Source of the DNA: Cyanophora paradoxa CCMP329
Taxonomy: Eukaryota; Plantae; Glaucophyta
Direction of reading: 5' to 3'
DNA length: 64,000 bases
NCBI GenBank assembly: GCA_004431415.1
Contig: QPMI01000247.1
Coordinates: forward strand, 1-64,000
Each line of letters starts with the position of its first letter. Position 1 is the stretch's first letter. The notes under the pieces are model-generated. The model was not told the origin of the DNA. It saw only the letters and a list, made by a program, of their open reading frames with translations, and made no database searches. Of this stretch, positions 25,001 through 48,488 are shown piece by piece. A program made the translations under genes and the position numbers.

Positions 25001-27395
25001 CTCCAGCCGCGTCTACGCCGGCTACGCGCAGGTGAACGTTCACCCGCCCGGTCGCCCGGCCCGGCCCCCGCGCCAGGCTCTGACCGGGCCTCGTTCGCCG
25101 CGCGCCTGCAGCTGGACCTCAACCGCACGGCCGGCACGGTGCAGGTCGTCGTCCTCGTGCCGCCGCCGGACGCCGGGCCGTACGCCCTCAACTGCTACGC
25201 CGTCCTCCGCCTCAACGCGAGCGCCGTGTCGGATCCGGCGGCCTCCGCGCCGGCGTTCATAATGGTGGGCGACGGCGGTGCCGGCGCGGCGGCGCTCCCG
25301 AGGCACAACTCGACGCTGGCGCTCCTCTCCGCCGGCCCCGACGAGTGCTCCGTCCTCAACTTCAAGTGGACGGCCCCCGCGCTCGACCCCGTCCTCGCCT
25401 ACAGCGTCGTCGTCAAGCCGTACAGCTCCAGCACGGACGGCATGCGGGTCCTGTTCGCGCCGGTGCGCGACAGGGTCGCTGCTCGCCGGCCGGCGCAGCG
25501 GCAGAGTCGCCTGACAGCGGCACGCGCGCGCGGCGCAGGGCAACCAGACGGCGCTGTCGGTGTCGAACCTCTCGCCGACCCGGAGCTACCTCGTCACCGT
25601 CATCGCGCTGCACCGGACGGCGATCGTGCAGTCGAACACTGTCGTCGCCGGCGCTGGCGACGGCGGTGCGGCGTGCAGGCGCCACCCGGGGCGCAAAGAG
25701 CGCGAGCTGACGCGCGCCGATTTTCGCTCGCAGGCGTGAGCATCTCGGGCGTGGGCCCCACCCAGAGCAGCTCGTTCCTTGGGACGGTGGAGCGGAGCCT
25801 TCTGGGCTTCGGGTTCCCCCTCTCGGGTCCGCCCGCGAAACTTTGCCCCGCCGGCCAACTTTCAAGCTTGGAATTGTATTCTAAGCTCGCGCGCGCTCTC
25901 GCAGACCCGAACCTGGAGCTCTACATCGGCGGGCTCCAGATGCGGGACGTGCGCGCCGTGAACGGCTCGGCCATCACCTTCACCATCCCCGCGCCGGCCG
26001 CCGCCCCCGAGTGGGAGGTGGACCCGCCCGTGGACACGGGCCGCGACAGGCCCAACCCCGTCATCCTCTACACCAGCTGCGGCCGCTTCGAGTTCAACTC
26101 GTACTACTTCCTCCAGGTCCCGCCCCGCCTCCCGATCTTGGCTTTCATTCGCCCTCCCTAGGCCTAGCTTAGCACGGCTGGCGCCTTTGACCTGCGATTT
26201 CTTTCGGCGGGCAGGCCACGAAGACCTTCGACCTGGTGGACCCCGTGCGCGGCGTCAAGGTCCAGAAGCTCGTCCCCGTCTCCGGCGGCGAGAACGCCAC
26301 CATCGCGTGCCTCGGTGCGCGCGCGCCGCAAAGCCGCCGCCGTTGACGACCGCCGGCGTCGCTGCCGCTGACGACTGGGGCGGCGGCGCCGATGTCGCGC
26401 GCGAGCAGACTGCGACTTCCGCGGCGACGACGACTACTGGGTGCACCGCGTTGCTTTGTCTCGCGCGAGCGCGCCGCTGACGACGGCGCGCGCCCGCCCC
26501 GCCTCCGCCGTGGGCACCAGGTCTACGTCTCGATCCCGGCGCCGGCGAGCCCCGGCTGGAACGTGACGGGCTACGAGGGCAAGGCCGGCACCTGCGCCGT
26601 CCGCGTCCCCGCCGTCTACCGCATCGACAACGGGCGCGTCCCATTATGCGATCCGCTTCCATCGCGCAACGACATCGGCGCTGATTTCGCGATCGCGGTA
26701 CCGATCGAGCGCAGGCGGCTGGACTTTGCGGCGCCGACCTTCAACGCGTCGTGCCTCGCCGGCGCCGCCCCCGGCTCCCGCCGCCGCCTCGCCCAAGTCT
26801 CCGATTCGCGCGCCCTCAACAGCTTCTACGACGTGTAAGCCGGCCCCCGCGACGCGATGCAGCCTCTAAATCTCTGGCCCGCCCCCGCCTCTGACCCGGC
26901 CCCGTCCCCCCCAGCGTGCTGGTCTCGCGGCAGCAGGGCCCCTTCCTCATCTCCTCGGTGCGCGCGCGCGCCCTCCAACCGCGACCCCGACGCGAGACGT
27001 TGGCGTCCGACACGCGCGCGCCCTCGCGCGTCGCCGACGCTGCCGCGCAGTCGTTCGGGTGGTTCGACGCGACACGGAGCGCCTCCTCCGGCCCCGTCCA
27101 GAGCTCCCAGGCAGCCACGGCGACCACCTCTGACGAGGCAAGCTTAGAGCTATTTAATTCGCGCCCGCGCCGACGCTGAGCGTTCGTTCGTGCGGATGCG
27201 CAGGGCCAGAAGATGCTGCTCCTGCTCCTGCTCCTGCTCATCCTGCCCGCCGGCTGCTGCTGCGGCTGTCTGTGGCACTGGCGCGCCGTGCGGCGGCGGC
27301 GGCAGGCGAAGGGTCGGGGCGATCGCGAGCCCGCTGCCGGGCCCGCGGCCAAGCCGCAGTGGGGCGAGGCGGACGCGCTCCAGGTCTACGTGTGA
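19034..27395 (+). CDS. Giant type-I membrane / cell-surface protein with Pro-Ser-Thr stalks, DDxxCG beta-sandwich modules, FN3-like and IPT/TIG-like domains (many introns)
   Basis: Signal-like [22 protein letters not shown]; modules [26 protein letters not shown] and [26 protein letters not shown]; (SP/TP)n stalk 23107-23590; FN3-like [33 protein letters not shown]; IPT-like [19 protein letters not shown]; [25 protein letters not shown] followed by RAVRRRR; stop at 27395. Start codon and single-gene status are inferred. Confidence 0.7.
19745..20172. repeat. C-rich low-complexity tract (probably intronic)
   Basis: About 430 nt dominated by C runs with no regular period. Confidence 0.75.
23107..23590 (+). 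repeat. Coding (Ser/Thr-Pro)n extensin/mucin-like repeat
   Basis: PTPSPTP...[18 protein letters not shown] built from ccgagc hexamers. Confidence 0.92.
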
Positions 27396-27399
27396 GGCG

Positions 27400-28330
27400 C
27401 AGCTGCAGCTGCAGCTCTCAAGATCTAGAGAGCTTGGAGCAAGCTTCCAGGCAGAATAAATTAAATTATCATGATATCGATCTCGATGCGTTTAATGCAG
27501 TCTAGATACCGTATATATACACGTACTGAAGCGCGAACCAGTTTCAAATTTCGATGTAGCAATTCGTGATACTTCGATCCTTTGACACTTCGATTCGGAA
27601 TATCCTGCCGGATTCGAAGTACAGGCATCCAATGATCTGTAGAATCTGTAGCTAGCTGTTGCTCAAGAAATGTAGAGCAAGATCTAGATATTCAAAAGCA
27701 TGCGCAGCAACTAGGAATACGCTGGAGTAGATCGCGTTCGTCAGCAGACTGAGGTTTGAGATCTAGAGATTCAGAGTTTCGAGTTCCGTTCGCAATCGTG
27801 TTTACGCTTACGCTTGAAATGTCTTACGCTTGCAAATGAATCGATATCTTGCAATGTAATTGCCGCAGTGCGCCTTGCAATTGCAAATTGCATTTGGAGG
27901 CCCTGATCATGACTCAGTGATTATGAGGCCGGGGGGAAGGCTATAGGCTATAGGCTTCAATTTGATCACGACCAACGGTTCAGGACCACAACATATCAGC
28001 TGCAGTGACTATCAGCTGATCATGAACTACAAGAATTCGGAACACATCATGATCGTGATCAGCTGCAGTGCATGACTATGTAAGTTAAGCCTATATAAAT
28101 TACTATGCTTAATTATAAGCCGCTTATGATCAAGGCCTAGAACAAAAAACAATATTAATGACGTGGAACAAATTCATGACTATGTGATTATAAGCTTAAG
28201 CCTAATGACTAATGACTATGACTAATGACCGATCATGACTCAGCGATGCAAATTCAGAACTACATGTACATATGCATGCATGCATATGGTCGATCACTGT
28301 CGCAGTACTAGTGTGGCACTATAGCTACGT
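27400..28330. other. Relatively AT-rich intergenic spacer between two convergent genes, rich in short palindromes
   Basis: No ORF in the track from 27505 to 28294; abundant tgatca, tcatga, agatct, ttgcaa, atgcat, aagctt; (GACTAAT)-like tandem at ~28203-28230. Confidence 0.75.
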
Positions 28331-28530
28331 GAGCTAAATGAATTCGAAGGCCGCTCGACGGGTGAAGCCCCGATCGCGACTCGGCGACGGCGGGCCTGCT
28401 GCTTTGATTTGACCTGCCTGCACGGCTGCTGATCGAGATCTAGATCTCGAGGATGACGTTCGGGGCGCAGCGGGCAGCTTGAGCTCGCCATCGGGGGCAG
28501 GCCGCGGTCGACGTCGCCGCTCCGATCCGA

Positions 28531-39269
<10,739 letters not shown>

Positions 39270-40006
39270 CGCGCTCCCGCGCAGCTCCGAGACGGCGGCT
39301 GCGCCGCGGTTTATCCGGTGCCTGTAAGCGCACGTCCGTTGGTTCAGTGGGGCGTCACCTGAATGCTGGCGCCTGCAGCTGCGCCGCGCTTCACTTCTTC
39401 GTACGCACCCGCTGCCGCTGTTGCGGTCCGATCACGCGGGGCGGACGCTCGCGTCAGTGTACTATAGCTCCGACTCCGCTCCGAGGCCTAGGCGGACGGC
39501 AGGCTGTCCCGCTGGCGCCACCGCTGCTAGTGCCACCGCGGCCGACCGCGCGCCGTGACCGGCGACGACTGTGCAGGCCGGCGCCCGCGGCCGCGCCTAG
39601 CTTCTGTCGCCTAGGTCGATCCCGGGACCCGGGTACGGCCCAAACGTTATGAACGGCGGTTGCAAGTCGATCTAGATCTAGATCGATATCTGAGAAACCT
39701 CCGGCTCGATCCGGTCCGGATCCGGATCCGGCTTTAGCTACTTCATTCCCTTCAGCTTCGTCGAACTCCCTGCCCCCTTCGTCGTCGACGCCGGCGCCCC
39801 CACGGCGGCACAGGCTGCCGCCGTGAGCACCGTCCCGCTCGCGGCCCGGTTCGCCTCGCTTCGTCGCCCCGGTCCCTTCTAGATCTTAGATCATCGCATC
39901 TAGATCTGCTCCCGCTGCGCGCGCCTCCCTCCTAGGCAGACAGCCGGGGCGAGGCGCGCGCCGCCCGCCAGTTCGTAGCTATAATTACAGACGGGGGCCG
40001 GGCGCC

Positions 40007-43000
40007 TCAGATGCGGGGCACGTAGTCGAAGTCGGGGGCCTGCACGGCGGGGCTCCCGCGGGGCCCCGCCACCGGCGCCCTCCGCCCCGGCGTCGCCGCG
40101 CTCGGGCCCGCCCCCGCCCCGCCGTCGTACCCGTAGCTCCCGTACTTGCCCGGCGAGCCGCGCCCCACTGCGCGCGCCGGTCGCCCCGCCTCAGAAGGGA
40201 CGGAGGAGAAAGGGCGGGGCCGGGGGCGGGCGGGCGGGGGGCGGCACCGGTGCCCTGGACGGCGCGGGGGGCGACGTACTGAGCCTGCCCGGGCTCCGCG
40301 GAGAACGCGAAGCCCATGTCTGCGCGAACGAAGTTGCGCGGGGCGGGGCGGGGGGGGGGGGGGGGGGGCGGGCGGGGTACGCACGGGCGCGGGGCCCGCG
40401 GCCGCCGGGGCGCCCCTCGAAGTACGCCACTCGGCGCTCCTCCTTCCGCCGCTTCTGCTGCCGCCGTCGGCCGGGGCCGGGCCGGGGGGGAGGAGAGGGG
40501 GGTACGCGGGGCGCGCCTTCATCTTCTTCATGCGGCGGGTGAGGTCCACTTTAGCGTACCCGAAGTAGTTGAATTGCACGCTGCGGGGCGTGAGTGGGTA
40601 CGCGGATCGCCGACGGGGGGGTACGGCGAACTAGCGGAAGACGAAGTCGGGGAGGAGGGCCACGGCGGGCGTGATGGCGATGCAGAGCCTGGGAGGGGAG
40701 TACCCGGGTCAGGAATGAAGGGGGTACGGTGATCGAGCGGAGGGGGAGGAGGGTACCAGAATGCGGGCCCCTTGAAGAGCTGGTAGGAGACGTAGTACAT
40801 GTCGGGGGCGAAGGTCGAGAAGCCGTCCGACGAGTACACTGCGCGCCCGTCGGATCGGGGGGAGGGGGGAGGGGGGAGGAAGCGGAGCCGGGGTACGCTA
40901 CGCGCCGGCGAGGAAGACGAAGTAGACAACGAGGGAGCCCCAGGTGAAGAAGTGCGTGAGGGCGCTCCACGTCGCCACGGAGAGCGCCAGCCGCATCGAG
41001 ACCGTCAGGATCAGCGCCGTGAACACAGCCGTCCCTGCGCCCCACGTCGGGCAGGAGGGGGGGGGGTTGGGGGTGGGGGTACGGGGCGCTCGCACCCATG
41101 GCCCACATGCCGAGGGCGACGCCCTCCTGAAGCGGCTCGTTCATCATCGAGAAGGGCAGGAAGAAGACCACTGATGGGGGTAGACGTGTGAGGACGATTC
41201 CGTGGGGTACAGGGAGGGGGAAGGGGGGTGGGGGTACCGACGGAGTGGAGGACGCCGACGAGGGCCCAGAGCCAGAACACCTTCACGTTGAACTGCGCGC
41301 GCGGGCGTACCCCCGGAGCTTGAGGGCGGGGTGGGGGGGGGGAATGGAGCGCAGTTGGCATCGCGTACCCCCGTGTTCTCCTGGCCGCGGGAGTAGAGCT
41401 CGGGGTGCTGCAGCGAGGTCCTCGCGGTCGTGTCCTGCGGGGGGTACGCGTCGGCGCCCCGCCGGCCGGCGGCCTCGGGTACGGGGGCCGCGCCTGGTCC
41501 TGGGTGGCCATGACGAGGACGGGGGTAGAGCAGAAGAGCACGTTGTAGAGGCCGGAGACCCAGCCTGGGGGAGGGGGGGGGGGGGGGGAATGATAAGCGG
41601 GCGGGCGGGGGAAGGGGGCGGGGGAGGGGCGGGGCGGACCCTCGTAGAGGGACTGCCCCGAGAAGCCGCAGAAGACGTTGAACCAGAAGTACGTGAACGC
41701 CAGACACACGTTCTTGTCTGCGGCGCGCCGTCAGGCGGAGGAGCAGGGGGGGTGGGGCGGAGGGAGGGGAGGGCACAGAAGGAGTAGAGGATGAGCTTGG
41801 TGATGCGCTTGTAGGACCAGCGGCCGTGCACGAGGAGGAGCCGCTTGAGGAAGCGGAACTGGGCGATCGCGAAGTCCGAGGCCAGCACCGCCTGCATGCC
41901 CTCCTTCCCCGAGATCCCCACGCCTGCGGCGCGGCGCGGCCCCCTCAGAGAGAGAGAAGGCAGAGGGAGGGAGAAGGGGCGGGCCGATGTGGGCGGCCTC
42001 GATCATGCCGACGTCGTTGGCGCCGTCGCCGATGGCGAGCGTCCGCGCCCGCTCGATGCGCTTCACCATGCGCACCACCTGCCGGCCGGCCCCGCGGGGC
42101 TGAGAAGAGCGGGCGGGGGCGAGGGGGCCGCGGGGGGGCGCAACGCGCCTCGGCCTTCTGGAGCGGGGAGACGCGGCAGCAGATGACCGTCGCGCACTGC
42201 CGCCCCAGGTCCTGCGGGAAGGATCAGAGTCAGATGAGGGCGCGGGCCAGCCGGCAGGAGGGGCGGAGCCGCGGGCCATGAAGAGGGAGCGCGTCTCGTC
42301 GTCGGCGAGGAAGTGCGCGAGCGTCGCCCCGTCGATCACCATCGCCAGCGTCTGCGGGGCCAGCCGTGAGGCGGTGCCGGGCTGGGCGGGGCGCGGGCGG
42401 AGGGAGCGCGCCTCGTTGGCGGTGGCGTTGCGGGAGGCCTCCGTCGCCTCCCGCAGCGCCCCCAGCGCCTCCTGCCGCTGGCCCTGCGCAGGTGCTCAGA
42501 GGCTGGTGCGGGGGGCGGGGGCGGCGGGGGCGCGCGCCTCGTTCAGCAGGACGATGCGGAAGCCGTGCTGGAGGACGCCGCAGGAGAAGCCGATGTTGAT
42601 CGCCGTCTCCTGCTTGTCCCCGGTGAGGACCCACACCTGCGCAGGCGGGCGACGCGGTCAGAGGAGAAGGAAAGGACGGGAGGGCGTGAGGGGAAAGGCG
42701 GGGGAGGACCCGGATGCCGGCCTGCTGGAGCGAGACGAGCGTGTCGGGGACGCCGTCCTGCGGAGCGCTCGGCTGCGAGGCGGGGCGGGGCGGGGCAGAG
42801 AGGATCGCCCACTGGCTCGCCTGGAGGCGGTCCTCGATGGCGGTGGCGCCGAGGAGCTGCAGGCCCCGCTCCAGCTCCTCCGCCACCTCATCCACCTGCC
42901 ACTTCCCCTCAGCCACCCCACGCTACGCTACGCTATGCTTTGCTTGGAAGGCGGGGCGGCGGGCCTTGCGCTCGCGGTCGACGAGGGAGACGGAGGCGGC

Positions 43001-46000
43001 GTGGTGCCGGGCCGCCCACGCCGCGTACGCCCCCTCGTCCAGCTCCGCCTGCGCCAGGGCGTCGCCCGGGGCGTCGCCCGGGGCGGGAAGGAAGGGGGGC
43101 GGGCGGGGATGGCTGCACGGACCCTGGCGATGACGAGGGTGCGGAGGCCGTCGGCCGCGAAGCGCTCGAGGGAGCGCATGGTCGGCTCCAGCAGCGGGTC
43201 GTCCGGCTGCAGCCGCTCGAACACCTGCCGGCGCGCGGAGGAGTTTAGGGACCTCTCTCAATGGAAACGGCGGGGGCGGGGGCGGGGGAGGACCTTCGTG
43301 TCGGCTCCCTTGGTGTAGAGCATGAGGCGGCCTGCGGCGGCGGCGGGCGGAGGCGCCCGGCGGCGGTGCTCAGCGGCGCGGGGGCGAAGCGAAGCTGCGG
43401 CCTCGGGGCGGGGCGGGGCGGGGCGGGGCGGGGCACCGTCGGGGGTGCGGACGACGACGGACATTCGCTTGCGGTCTGAGTTGAACTCGAGCACGTTCAG
43501 CACCTCGAAGCCCTGCCGCGTGCCCTGCACGGAAAAGGGTCAGGGGCGGCCAGGGGCGACGGCAGCGCCCGCGCGCTCGCTCGCTCGCGCCTGGGCGGAG
43601 ATCTCGACGCCGCCGGGGTTGCGCTTCTCGAAGACGAAGCCCATGGCGCGGGCGCCCTTGACCAGCGCCTCCTCGTCCGGGCTCGCCGCCTGGTAGATGA
43701 TCCCTGGGAGGGGTCGGAGGGGCGGGCGGGGGATCCGCTGCGGGCGGGCGCACGCTGCGGGTGCCGCTTGTCGCGCTCGGGGACGACCGTGTGGCAGACT
43801 GCCAGGTGCGTGAAGAACTCCCGCGTCTGCCCACCGCCGCCCCGTTGAGGCGAGGCGGGGGCGCGGCGCGGGGGCCAGGGGCGGGGGGCGCGCCAGCTCT
43901 CCCATGGGGCCCTCGCTCCGCAGGTCGGCCGCCAGGCGGCCCGCCGGGTCCGCCAGCCCCGCCTGCGGTCCCCCGGGCGCGTCAGAGCGGGCGGCGCGTC
44001 GCTCGAGGGCGCGGGCGGGCGGGCGGGCGGACCGCGGCGCCGGCGCGCTGCGCGAGCTCGTCCGCGCGGTTGGCCGCCGGGTCCGCCCGCAGCTGCGCGT
44101 ACTGCCGCCGCGCCGGCCGGTCCGCCGGCTGCGCACGCAGCGGGGCGGGCGGGTTCGAGGCCAGGCGAGGGATACGGAGAGTACAGGGGTACGAGCGCGC
44201 CTTGGAGGGGCTGCCGTCGGGCTCGATGCCGCCGGACTCGAGGTCCATGTACCCGTCGCGGGGCGGGCTCCCGTCGCGCCCGCCGTAGCTGTGGCCGTAC
44301 CCGTCGCCGTCCTCGCCCCCCTCGTCCTCGTCGCGCTCGGGCCCGCCGTACTCGACGCCGGCGATGCAGCAGCGCTTGAACTCCATCACGTTCCGCGTCA
44401 GCGTGCCCGTCTTGTCCGTCAGCACGTACTGGATCTGCGGCGGCGGCGGGCGAGGCTGAGCTGAGCCGAGCCTGCGGCCTGCGGCCTGCGGCGTGCAGCG
44501 AAGCTAAGCTAAGCTCAGTCTCGCGCGCCTGGCCGAGCTCCTCGTTGAGGTTGGAGGTGCGGGCCTTGGCCGGCGTGTCCGTCTCCGCGTCGTACATGTC
44601 CAGGTCCCACCCGATGAACAGGCACTGCGTTGCGCGAGCGCGCCGCCGTCAGGCCCGCCAGCTGGAATGGGAACGGGGCGCCGGGGCCGCACCTGGACCA
44701 CCTTGACCATCTCCAGGGAGACGTACCTTGCCGCCGGCAGGCAGGCGGGCGCCGTGAGGCCGGGCGGGGCCGGGGCCCGGGGCGGGGGCAGGGCGGCGCA
44801 CAGGGAGATGGGGACGACCTGGGAGTAGAGGACCAGGAAGGTGACGAAGAGGAGGGCCTGCCGGGGGCGTCGGCGCGGCCGAGGGGGGGCGGGGCGGGGC
44901 GCACGGAGCGGGCGGTGCCCTGCCCCGCGATCTGCAGGAACCACATGTTGTTCCCCAGGTTCTCCTGCGCGCACCGTTGGGGGCGGAGAGGCGGGGGGGG
45001 CGGGGGGGGGCGGGAGGCGCGCCCGCCAGAGGTGCGCGGCGACGGTGCAGAAGGTCGCCAGCGAGAGCAGGATCACGAAGACTGCGGGGCGCGGGCGGGG
45101 CCGGGGGCGGGCGCGGGGCTGAGCGGACGCGGCAGGGGCGGGCGGCAAGGGAGGGCCGGGCACCGAGGAGGAGCTGGTAGTTCATGATGCGCTCCACGTT
45201 CGACCGCTTTAGCTTCTTCTTCCTGCGCGGCGCCACCCCCCCGCCGTCAGGAGAGCCGCTTCAGAAGAGGGGGCCCTCGGGGCGGGGCGCGCGTCATGTT
45301 TCGCATGAGGCGGGTGTCGAGGCCGGTGTAGACGGCGAGGCCGTGCACGAACTCGGTGTTGCGGAGGACGGCGCCCCGCAGCAGCAGGCTCTCGACGCCC
45401 ACGGGGGCCGCCTGCCCGCCCAGCTTCATCGCCCCCGCGAACTTGTACAGCTCGTTGTTCGGCGGCTCGCAGTCCACCTCCGCTGCGCCCGGGCAGCCGC
45501 GCAGAGGCGGCTCGGCTCGGATCCCGAGAAGGGCGGGGAGGGCGGCCTGGGCCTCGCTCGCTCACCCCGCAGGCTCAGGAGCTGCTGCACGGAGAGCGCG
45601 CCCGACGTCTCCTTCACGCTGTTCTTGATCTTCAGGTTCGTCTCCCTGCCGCCGCCCCCGCGCAGTCAGCCGCGCCGCGCCGCGCCGGCGCCCGCCGGAC
45701 GGCCGGCCGGCCGCACCCGTCCAGGTTGGCCGTCTCGATGTAGCAGGTACCCTGCGGCGCGCTGAGCGGCGGGCGGGAGCGCGGGCGCGGCGCGGGCGAG
45801 CGCCGCGGGAGCGGACCTGGGGCCCGGTGGAGGAGAGGAGGACGAGGTCGGCGGGGAACTGCTCCTCGCTGGCCACGCGCACGATGTCGCCGACCTCGAT
45901 CTCGTCCCAGCGCACGCGCACGAAGCCGCCCCCGCGCAGCACCTCGGTCTTCGAGCTGTTCATCTCCCGGTCCGAGAGGTACCGCCGCTGCAGGGGGGGG

Positions 46001-46638
46001 GGCGCGTCGGTGGGCGCCCCGCGGGCCGGCGGGCCGGCGGCGGGGCGCGCACGTAGTCCTCGACGGCCTCCTTCACGATCGACACGAACACGACGAACGA
46101 GAGGGCGCCGATGGTCGAGAAGCGGCCGCCGGCGTTGAGGGGCGTGATCTCCTGCGGGATGGAGAGCGCGCCGATGACGAGGAAGTACGCATTCGCAAGC
46201 CTGCGCGGCCAATCAGCACGGCCGTGCAGCGGCCGCGCCTGCGGCTAAGCCTCGCGCCTGGAGAACTGTTCCCAGAGCGCCTGAAAGATGAACGTCACGG
46301 CCGAGTACTTCGTCGTCGATATGTCTGCACGCGCGAACGCCGGATAAGTCATCGGCGACAGGCGGGGCTCTGACTGAGCCGCGCGGCGGACGCGGTTGCG
46401 GCGAAGGCGGCGCACAGTTGGAGCAGTAGGCGGTCTCGCCGTTGAGGGGCGCGTTGTTGGCGTAAACGGTGCGTGGCTGACGATTGTCGGTAGGATACCT
46501 CTTGTGCGTGAGCCTCAACCAGCGCATGCACTGGGCAGCGATCAGTGGTTTGAACGGCACGGAAAGACTGCCGAACGCGAGGCTCCGCGTGGCGCGCACC
46601 CGCCAACGAAACCTCTTCCATAGCGACACTCTCCCCAT
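40007..46638 (-). CDS. P4-type ATPase phospholipid flippase (ALA/DRS2/ATP8-like), many introns
   Basis: ISTTKYS; [10 protein letters not shown]; [14 protein letters not shown]; [12 protein letters not shown]; [12 protein letters not shown]; [15 protein letters not shown]; [12 protein letters not shown]; [12 protein letters not shown]; KGAD; GLRTL; [10 protein letters not shown]; [15 protein letters not shown]; [13 protein letters not shown]; [18 protein letters not shown]. Confidence 0.97.
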
Positions 46639-46845
46639 GGTCGCAGGGGCGCGCGCCGGCGGGCGCCGGCACTGAAGGGCGCTCGCTTCAAGTCCGGAGG
46701 AGGCGCTGCCTGCCGATACGCTCTAACAGATGAGCGCAACCTCGGCGCTGCGCCGCTCGGCCCGCTCTTCCCGCGCTGTTGAGCTGGCTCGGTCTTCCCG
46801 GGTACAGCGATCACGACTCCGTGCAGTAGCTTGAAAAAGCGAGTC

Positions 46846-48488
46846 ATGAGTCTCATGGCCGCATTTGCGGTGTCGGCCACGTCGCCACCGGCTTCGACGC
46901 GGCTCTCTTCGAGCGTGGGATTGAATCCGAGTGTCAGTCGGCGACCACAACCGCCAGCGACCGCAACCGCCAGCATGTCATTCCCGCAGACGGCGCGCAC
47001 GGCTTCCGGAGCACTAAACGGCTCCAGTGCGGGACTCGGCAGCGCCCCCGCCCTCCGGCGCCGGCTGCAGTTTGCCGTGGGCGCAGCGCAGAGGCCGCAT
47101 TTGTATACGTTCGCGGGCATCAAATCGGAATGCGAATCATGCGGCGATCGGTGCGAAAGCCCGCTCTCCGGCGAGAAGCATCAGCCACGTAGGCCTGCAG
47201 CTGCAGCTGCAGCTGGTTGTGGGGACTTGCCGCGGCCGGCGCCCTTGACAGTTACAGCAGCTGCAGCACGCGCTGTCGCAGCATGCGATGATACCCTGGA
47301 CTTCATCCGTGGCTCCCGCGCTGGTCTCGAACGGGCAGCGACTGCCGCGCTCGCGATCGTCGCTCTCGCGTTGACGGTGGGCCCGGCGCCCGCGGCGGAA
47401 GCGAATCCCTTCGCGTCATCGCCGGCCGTAGCCGCGGAGACGCTGCGCGCACCATCTGGCGCACGAGCCGCCCCCTCCCGCATGGACGCCGCCGTGACAC
47501 CGAATCCAGCCGAGCAGTGGCGCGAGTGCAATCGCCCGAGCAGGTCCGCCCATATGCTTGGACCCGACCGCGATCGCCTGGCCCTTGCCCGCGGCCGAGG
47601 CCGAGACGCGCGCGCGCGCGCGCCGCGGCCGCAGGTCGCGCGTGTGCGACGCCGACGGCCTGCTCTCCCCCGCGGCGGCGGACAGGCTGGACGCCGTCGC
47701 CGACGAGGTCGAACGCCAGCACGGCTTCCAGGTCCGCCCCGCCCGGCCCGCCGGCCGCAGAGCGAGCTGGCATGGCTCGCAGTAGCCCGCGCGCCCCGCG
47801 GCCGGCCGGCCCGTTGGGCGCGTCTTATTTCGCGGTCGGCCGCCTCAGGTTCGGTTCGCGGTGGTGCGGTTCGTGAAGTCGTCGGGGCCGCGGGCCACGG
47901 CGGCGGAGGCCGAGGCGGTGGCGAGGCGCCTCCACGAGCGGTGCGCCGACCTAGGCTTTCGCCCGCGCGCCCGGCCAACGCGCGCGCGCGTTCGCCTCGC
48001 GCTTGCGAATCGACGAGCGCGGCGCGGCGCGGCGCGGGGGGCAGGTGGGGCGTGGGGCACGCCGGCGAGGGCGACGGGGTCATGGTCCTCGCCAGCGTCG
48101 ACGACCGCCACATAGTCATCTCCACGGGTCCGTCCGGCCGACCGCGGGTCGCTCTCGCCGAGTTGGCCTGCCGCCGCCAGCGGCCCCGGCCCGGCCCCGC
48201 CGACCGGTTTCGCGCCCTGCAGGGGGCAGGGCGTGGCAGCGCCTCTCGGAAAACGACTGCTCCGAGATCGCCGCGTCGGCGCGGCGGCGTCTCCGGCGGG
48301 ACCCGGGCGACTACGACGGAGCCCTCATCAAGCTCGGTGCGTGCACCTTGGCCTGCGAGCTGCAGCCGAGCTGCAGCCGGTACCGGTGTTCAACATTCCA
48401 CGTGCGCAGGGGAGCGAGTCGCGCAGCGCCTGTCGAGCGATCACGGTGCGCGCGCTGCGGCCCGCGCCGCGCGCCTCTTAGAGCCTAG
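46846..48488 (+). CDS. TPM (TLP18.3/Psb32/MOLO-1) domain protein with putative plastid transit peptide and thylakoid-lumen signal (spliced; 3' end uncertain)
   Basis: N-terminus (MSL)MAAFAVSATS, Ser/Ala/Arg-rich; hydrophobic AATAALAIVALALTVGPAPAAEA; PNPAEQWREC..RVCDADGLLS..RLDAV..AEAVARRLHERWGVGHAGEGDGVMVLASVDDRHIVISTG..DYDGAL. Confidence 0.78.

Noticed and set aside
27400-28330. Transposon or foreign insertion suggested by low GC
   Set aside because: No ORF, terminal repeats or target-site duplication seen; the same texture occurs in other intergenic tracts.
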